From: Candidatus Hodarchaeota archaeon
Lineage (GTDB): Archaea > Asgardarchaeota > Lokiarchaeia > Sigyniarchaeales > SOKP01
Assembly: GCA_048887225.1 (NCBI GenBank)
Contig: JBHLJY010000004.1
Coordinates: forward strand, 1-64,000
Direction: 5' to 3'
Length of the DNA stretch: 64,000 bases
Shown here in pieces: positions 58,443-64,000 of this stretch (positions are counted from its first letter, which is position 1; each line of letters starts with the position of its first letter). The translations under genes and the position numbers were made by a program. Under the pieces are notes generated by a model. The model was not told the origin of the DNA and ran no database searches. It saw nothing but the letters and a program-made list of their open reading frames with translations.

Positions 58443-59090
58443 ATGAAAGAAGATAAAGCAAATTTCGCTAAAATCGAATCTGAATTATTCGCACTAATTA
58501 ACTCTATAATAAATCTTTATATTAAATATCAAAAAGGCTCAATTAACGAAAACTTCTTTCAAAAAGCCGTTAAAGACGCAATGAATGGTTTATTGAGTAT
58601 AAATCTTTATTTAAAAAAAAGAAATATTTCACTTACCAAATTTTTAAATGGTATGAATCTTCTCGACGATTATGATAAAGTTATGAAAATTGTTAATAAT
58701 ATTTCTGATTTAGATTCTTACGATGAATTTAATACAGTTCGAAATGGAAATAAATTTTATTCTGAGAAAAGACTAAGGAGTTCTATATTAGAACTGCCTG
58801 GAATTGCTTCAGAGATAACCTCTTCATTTATCACGCTTATCGATGCGTTAAAATTAGAAGGGCAAAGCCAATATCTTATGATTAGACTGCTGAATGAGTT
58901 AAAGGCTAATTTTAAAAAATTTAAATTTCCAGGATTAAAAGATATTCGACTTAAAATAAAAAAAATTTATAGAGACGCTTTAAAGAATACTGCTAATCTC
59001 GTCAGTGATAATCAATTTAGAGAAGAAATAGCAGATCGGTTGTATTCAGTTTTGAAAGAATTTCAGCAAAAAATCAGTGTAAAAACTTAA
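58443..59090 (+). CDS. Vps28-like (ESCRT-I) protein
   Basis: ESELFALINSI...Y.KG.I N-domain and ASEITSSFITLIDALKL (cf. Vps28 AE.T..FIT.MDALKL). Confidence 0.65.
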   Translation: MKEDKANFAKIESELFALINSIINLYIKYQKGSINENFFQKAVKDAMNGLLSINLYLKKRNISLTKFLNGMNLLDDYDKVMKIVNNISDLDSYDEFNTVRNGNKFYSEKRLRSSILELPGIASEITSSFITLIDALKLEGQSQYLMIRLLNELKANFKKFKFPGLKDIRLKIKKIYRDALKNTANLVSDNQFREEIADRLYSVLKEFQQKISVKT

Positions 59091-59189
59091 TTAGAATAAT
59101 AAAATTAATATTTTTTCTATAATTTGAGAAAGTATTAGTATAAAATTAAATTCTAAAGCTATAATCATTATTCATAGTGACGATTTAAT

Positions 59190-59459
59190 TTGCCGCGACC
59201 TGGATTGAGATCACACGCACAAGCACGAAAAAAATTAAGAACACCTGGAAATCGGAATATTACTCACTATTGGAGAAGAAAACCAAAATCAAGTCATTGT
59301 GCTATATGTAAAAATCCGCTTCCTTCAATCCCAAAACTGAGACCTTCAAAAATGAAAAAGACTGATAAAATCAGAAGACGACCCAATAGATTGGAAAGTG
59401 GAAGATACTGTGCTAAATGCCTTCAAATTTTAATAAAACAAGCCGTTTGGAATCAGTAA
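59190..59459 (+). CDS. rpl34e: 50S ribosomal protein eL34
   Basis: RTPG, CAIC, RPNR, CAKC. Confidence 0.93.
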   Translation: MPRPGLRSHAQARKKLRTPGNRNITHYWRRKPKSSHCAICKNPLPSIPKLRPSKMKKTDKIRRRPNRLESGRYCAKCLQILIKQAVWNQ

Positions 59460-59573
59460 GAATTTTCTATTATTATCGAAAACATATTTTCTATTTTTAT
59501 AGCGTTTTTAAGGATATTAAAATTAAAATTATAAAGTATTAAATAAAACATACGGAAAATTAATTATCAAAAC

Positions 59574-60113
59574 ATGATTTTAACAATTTCTGGTCTACAT
59601 GGAACAGGTAAATCGGTAGTGGGTAAGAAAATTGCTTTAGCTCTGGGGATTAAATATTATTCAACCGGGGAGGCGTTTAGAGATCTTGCTAAGGAAAAGA
59701 ACATGACTTTAGAAGACTTTACCAAATATGTAGAAAAACATATTGAAATCGACAAAGAATTGGACAAAAAAATTATAGAAATAGCTAAAAAAGATGAGAT
59801 CATAATTGACAGTCAATTAAGTGGATATCTCTTAAAGGACATCGCAGATTTTAAAATTTTGCTAAAATGTTCATTAGAAATTCGCGTTAAAAGAATGGCT
59901 GAAAGAGATAATACAACATACGAGGAGAAATTAAAAGAGACTGAACTTCGAGAAAAATCAGAATCAGAACGATTTATTTTACTTTATAATATTAAAATAA
60001 ATGACATGGAAAAAGCGAAAGAGATTTTTGACATAATTTTAGATACTGAAAAATTGTCAGTAGAAGAAGCTGTAAATAAAATCCTTGAAGAGATTAAAAA
60101 AATAATTATTTAA
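59574..60113 (+). CDS. cmk: Archaeal cytidylate kinase
   Basis: ISGLHGTGKS, STGEAFR, EIDKELD; context. Confidence 0.92.
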   Translation: MILTISGLHGTGKSVVGKKIALALGIKYYSTGEAFRDLAKEKNMTLEDFTKYVEKHIEIDKELDKKIIEIAKKDEIIIDSQLSGYLLKDIADFKILLKCSLEIRVKRMAERDNTTYEEKLKETELREKSESERFILLYNIKINDMEKAKEIFDIILDTEKLSVEEAVNKILEEIKKIII

Positions 60114-60239
60114 CTCATTTTTCTAAAATCGTAAAAAATTTATTATTAAACATATTTCATATCTTACAAAGGATTGTTTGTCTTTACTGGAATTAAACCA
60201 GTATTGATAAATTTACCAAAAATAGTTTGGTGACAAATT

Positions 60240-60512
60240 ATGAGTATTTACGATATTGGAAGAATAGTAGTAAAAACAAGAGGAAGGGAAGCGGGCAAAT
60301 ACGCAGTAATCGTTGATATAATAGACAAAAATTATTTACTCGTTGATGGATTAAAAGTCCGAAGACGACGTGTTAATTATAATCACATAGAACCTACTCC
60401 TGATTTAATAAATATTGAAAAAGGAGCTAACCACATAGAAATTGAGGCAGCTATTAAAAAAGCTAAAAAGACTAAAATAATGAATCAAACTATTTCCATA
60501 CCTATAAAATAA
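60240..60512 (+). CDS. rpl14e: 50S ribosomal protein eL14
   Basis: GRIVVKTRGREAGK.AVIVDIID. Confidence 0.95.
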   Translation: MSIYDIGRIVVKTRGREAGKYAVIVDIIDKNYLLVDGLKVRRRRVNYNHIEPTPDLINIEKGANHIEIEAAIKKAKKTKIMNQTISIPIK

Positions 60513-60572
60513 TTTAAATCCATAATTTTTTATAATTTTACCAATAAATATATTATTTTCTTTTATTCTTAC

Positions 60573-60708
60573 GCAACGGTTGCCTAGCCTGGTACGGCGC
60601 TGGCTTGGAGTGGTCAAAAGCCCAATTAGCCAGTGTGTGAATGCACTCGGGGGTTCAATGTGAATTTTGTATTTCGCAAAAAGCGAACAAATCCCTCCCG
60701 TTGCGCCA
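60573..60708 (+). tRNA. tRNA-Ser(GGA), encoded CCA, two BHB introns (60611-60627 at 37/38; 60659-60690 at 58/59)
   Basis: Acceptor GCAACGG/CCGTTGC, G73, anticodon stem CTGGC/GCCAG, long variable arm; BHB helices TTGG/CCAA and GTTC/GAAC. Confidence 0.92.
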
Positions 60709-60773
60709 TTTGTTAAAGTTGAATAAAAAATGAGAATCTTTTAAACTATGATGATTTTTTTTAAAAAATTTGA

Positions 60774-61379
60774 TTAAACATCAGGAAACTGCATTGCAGT
60801 AGCTTTCTGTCCACCAAACATTTGTTCCATTCCTCCCGAAGCTTGTGTCTGCAATTTAAAAATTCTCTGAAGTAGGGTATTAATACCTAACGAACAAATG
60901 AAATACCAAGCAGTAAAATTGATCCACGCGTAGGTGCCAATCCAAGAACTTTCGTCGGCAAATGCCATATTAAAGAAAAAATTTAAAAAAGGCAATGAAT
61001 ATAAGGTTTTTCCCATTGGTGTTGACGCAACCGAATCATTAGCGAAGAACATCCTTAAAATAATAAAAGTAATAAGCATCGGAAGAAAAGTAATACATGT
61101 AGGTTTTAATCTCTGCATTGCCATACCTTGTTGCGTTTTCTTGAGCATCTCCTCTCGACGCTCCCATTTTTTACGCTGTTTGTGATATCTCTCAACGTCA
61201 ATTTCAGCTAATTCTATAATCCTCTTCTTCTCTTCTTGGTGAGCTTTTATTTGCTTCTGTTTCCGTTGAATTTCTTCAGTGTCTACTAACCACTTTGTCA
61301 AACCGACGCTTACAAAGGCAATGATAATAGATAATAATAATATAAAAAACATTGAATCAGGAGGACTTAATAACGACAT
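60774..61379 (-). CDS. EMC3/TMCO1 (DUF106) Oxa1-superfamily membrane insertase
   Basis: TM1, coiled coil, KP...TFLP, WYFICS; downstream of secY. Confidence 0.85.
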   Translation of the reverse strand: MSLLSPPDSMFFILLLSIIIAFVSVGLTKWLVDTEEIQRKQKQIKAHQEEKKRIIELAEIDVERYHKQRKKWERREEMLKKTQQGMAMQRLKPTCITFLPMLITFIILRMFFANDSVASTPMGKTLYSLPFLNFFFNMAFADESSWIGTYAWINFTAWYFICSLGINTLLQRIFKLQTQASGGMEQMFGGQKATAMQFPDV

Positions 61380-61486
61380 GGTAATGGCATTTTGAGTTTT
61401 GATTATCTTAATTTGTTATACTTAATAATATTAACACTATTTTAATATTTTTTTTAGAGATCTTTTTTAAAGCTTTGAATTAGATT

Positions 61487-62956
61487 TTAATCTAATCCTA
61501 AGAAACCCCTCATTGATGGATATTGCTGGGCAGCCACCTCTTTGGAAATCGTCTCGGCATATTGATGTATAATACCTATAGCTATTAGAAGTCCCGTACC
61601 TGAAGTCAATGCACCTAGACCATCTGCCATAAAACTTAACAACGCTATGAGTATCCCGTTTAATATGATTAATGTAGGAATATATCTTTGAAGTATTCCT
61701 TCTATGATTTTCGCCGAACTTCGAAAGCCAGGAACCATCATCCCTGAATCTATGATCTGCTGGGCTATATCTCGGGGTGCTAGACCTGATACTTCGACCC
61801 AAATTTTCCCAAGTTTGATACATAAAAAGATAAATATAAATAAATAAATGACCGCCCGTAAAGGATCGTCCATTAATGCCTCTATCCCAAGCGGAGGCGA
61901 AAGATAATATATCAGACCTGAAGTTGGAACAAGATAGCCTCCCGTGCCGGTCCCTGTTTCTTGTCTCTCGAAAGTCCCGAATAAATCAAGCCAGAAATCG
62001 TAACCTTGACCACGTAGCCCGGACTGTGGTCCCGCTAATAATTGACCAAAAAACAATAAATTCGCATATAAAGCATTAACTAAAATAACTGGTATATTAG
62101 AGACATAGAGCAATTTCATTGGATATTTGCCTTTAAAACCTCGATAGCCTCGATAAGCTAACGGAATTTCAACTCGGGTGCCTTCAAACCACACAACAAT
62201 TACAAATATAACTAATGTGGTAATTATTCCTAATAGAGACGGTAATTGCCCTCGTATCCAAATATCATCTAAATTGGTCTCAGGATCGTCATCAAATAAA
62301 ACGTAAAAGAATGCAATAATTATGCCTCTCGGTATACGGCCTTCTCCTGGAGCTTCGATAAAACTGAAAGCGTTCCAAAATATTTGACCAGCGACTCCAG
62401 CGGCAATAAACAAAGATACACCGCTGCCAAGACCCCAACCTTTTTGAAGTAGTTCATCGAGCAATATAATTACGATTCCAGCAAATAATAATTGCATAAA
62501 AATTAACACTATGTTTTGTACTCCAAGTTCAGTTGGCGGACCAAAAGCACCTCCTATTATATATGCAACTGTATTAAACATGGTTAAAAATATCGACATG
62601 ACTTTTTGTGTCCCACTAAACATTGCCCGATCGTATGGATCGCTCATATCGACAGTGATGATTTTAGAACCAAGTAGGAGCTGCATTATAAGTCCCGCTG
62701 TAACTATAGGACCAATTCCAAGTTCCGTTAACGTCCCTCTTTGGCTTGCAAGTATAACTCTTAACCAATAAAAATAATCTGTTGAATCCTCTAGTTCTAC
62801 ACCATATAATGGAATATTTGACATAATTAAGTAAATGATAAGTACCAAAGCTGTCCAGACGAACTTCTCTTTAAAAGATACCTCTCTCTGAGGATTTCTA
62901 ATTTCTGGCATTACTTTTACAAAAGGCGTAAAAAACCGAATGAACTTTCCCGCCAT
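61487..62956 (-). CDS. secY: Preprotein translocase SecY/Sec61alpha
   Basis: GTLTELGIGPIVTAG, GLGSG.SLFIA, YVSNIP, PGFR, GTGLLI. Confidence 0.97.
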   Translation of the reverse strand: MAGKFIRFFTPFVKVMPEIRNPQREVSFKEKFVWTALVLIIYLIMSNIPLYGVELEDSTDYFYWLRVILASQRGTLTELGIGPIVTAGLIMQLLLGSKIITVDMSDPYDRAMFSGTQKVMSIFLTMFNTVAYIIGGAFGPPTELGVQNIVLIFMQLLFAGIVIILLDELLQKGWGLGSGVSLFIAAGVAGQIFWNAFSFIEAPGEGRIPRGIIIAFFYVLFDDDPETNLDDIWIRGQLPSLLGIITTLVIFVIVVWFEGTRVEIPLAYRGYRGFKGKYPMKLLYVSNIPVILVNALYANLLFFGQLLAGPQSGLRGQGYDFWLDLFGTFERQETGTGTGGYLVPTSGLIYYLSPPLGIEALMDDPLRAVIYLFIFIFLCIKLGKIWVEVSGLAPRDIAQQIIDSGMMVPGFRSSAKIIEGILQRYIPTLIILNGILIALLSFMADGLGALTSGTGLLIAIGIIHQYAETISKEVAAQQYPSMRGFLGLD

Positions 62957-63135
62957 TATTCCTTAGTTAAAAGTATTTTTGTATAATATTGTAATCAGTA
63001 AAATATAACTAAAAGAAAAAGGAATTTTAAAAAAAGTTTTTGATTTAAGAAGAATAACAAAACAACCTATTTTAATTATTAAAATAGAAAATAAATACAA
63101 AAAAACATCTATTTTTAGCCAAAGGCCGCTGTCGT

Positions 63136-63432
63136 TTAAAACAATGAACCTATACCAGTGGGTTCTTCTTCCTTAACCTCTTCTTCTTTCGTTTTTTTAG
63201 GTGCTGCTTCTTTTGTTGGTTTTCCTGTAACTGTTGGTGTTGTCATAACTGGAGCTGATGATACGTTTGCAATAATGGTATCTATATCTGTCTCATTTAA
63301 TCCAGCAATTAATTTTGCAATTTGTGATTTATCAGGCGTTACGCCTGCAGCTGTTAATACTTTTTCAATAGCAGCTTCGGTGATTTTTTTCGAAGCTTTA
63401 TGTAGTAAGAGCGCAGCATATATACTTTCCAT
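63136..63432 (-). CDS. rpl12: Ribosomal stalk protein P1 (L12)
   Basis: ME.IYAALLLH, EEE..GIGSLF. Confidence 0.95.
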   Translation of the reverse strand: MESIYAALLLHKASKKITEAAIEKVLTAAGVTPDKSQIAKLIAGLNETDIDTIIANVSSAPVMTTPTVTGKPTKEAAPKKTKEEEVKEEEPTGIGSLF

Positions 63433-63518
63433 ATTATTTTACCTCTTTTTTTTATTTTTTATTAATTAATGTGAAAAATTTAGAATTTTTAATGATTAAA
63501 TTAAGTTTTTACATAAAA

Positions 63519-64000
63519 TTATCCAAATAAACCTCCTATTCCAACGGATTCAGATTCTTCTTCTTCCTCTTCTCGTTTTTCTTCTTCTGCTTTTACATCC
63601 TCTTTTTCTACAGTAGGGATAATTCCACCTTCAAACACTACAACATTGACTATATTCGCATTACTTACCGCTTTTTTAATATATTCATCTATCATATCTT
63701 CGAAAAAAATAGGCACTTCAAAAAGAATTCGTAATGCAGCGGAATAACATGATCTTAAATCTTGTTGGAATTTTTCTATATCCATATATAGGATTTCTTC
63801 GGAAATTATTTCTCCGTCAGCCCAAGCAAAATGGATTTTAATCAATGATTCTATGGGTTTAATTCCTAATTTTTTTAAGACAGCTGCTTGTTTGATGTCT
63901 ACCAAATCTCCAGCTTTATGAGTACGTGTATCTTCTTTAATCCAGATAGTATCATTTTGAATTCGAGTAGGTAGACGTAATGTCATGTTTAATTCAGAAA
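63519..64000 (-). CDS. rplP0: Ribosomal protein uL10/P0 (3' part; truncated by window edge)
   Basis: PTRIQ..., L.KLGIKP, acidic tail ending GIGGLFG. Confidence 0.92.
   Translation of the reverse strand, partial: SELNMTLRLPTRIQNDTIWIKEDTRTHKAGDLVDIKQAAVLKKLGIKPIESLIKIHFAWADGEIISEEILYMDIEKFQQDLRSCYSAALRILFEVPIFFEDMIDEYIKKAVSNANIVNVVVFEGGIIPTVEKEDVKAEEEKREEEEEESESVGIGGLFG

Noticed and set aside
61467-61823. 118-aa alternative-frame ORF in secY
   Set aside because: Same-strand off-frame overlap with a conserved gene; no recognisable features

Overview
AT-rich archaeal chromosome segment, most likely from an Asgard archaeon (Lokiarchaeia). The assignment is inferred from the Sec machinery (selB, tRNA-Sec, SepSecS), eukaryotic-signature homologues (Vps28, OSTC/DC2, roadblock, long Trm112) and multi-intron tRNAs. 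It holds a fragmented S10/spc ribosomal superoperon (uS19 to uL15; eL34-cmk-eL14; secY-EMC3; P0/P1), RNA-modification and glycosylation genes, and four tRNA genes (Gln-UUG, Sec-UCA, Ile-UAU, Ser-GGA) with nine bulge-helix-bulge (BHB) introns between them. Main findings: (1) a 31-nt BHB-type intron candidate inside a protein-coding gene (8760-8790, minus strand), whose removal exactly restores the reading frame of a DUF1624 acyltransferase; (2) a 4.6-kb beta-helix surface-protein cassette bounded by two directly oriented 11-6-11 sites resembling tyrosine-recombinase sites; (3) a three-intron tRNA-Ile with a eukaryote-style UAU anticodon; (4) tRNA introns that are degenerate copies of their own host's anticodon arm; (5) conserved genes that appear to start at ATT/ATC codons. 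All family calls come from motif recognition by eye; no database search was run.
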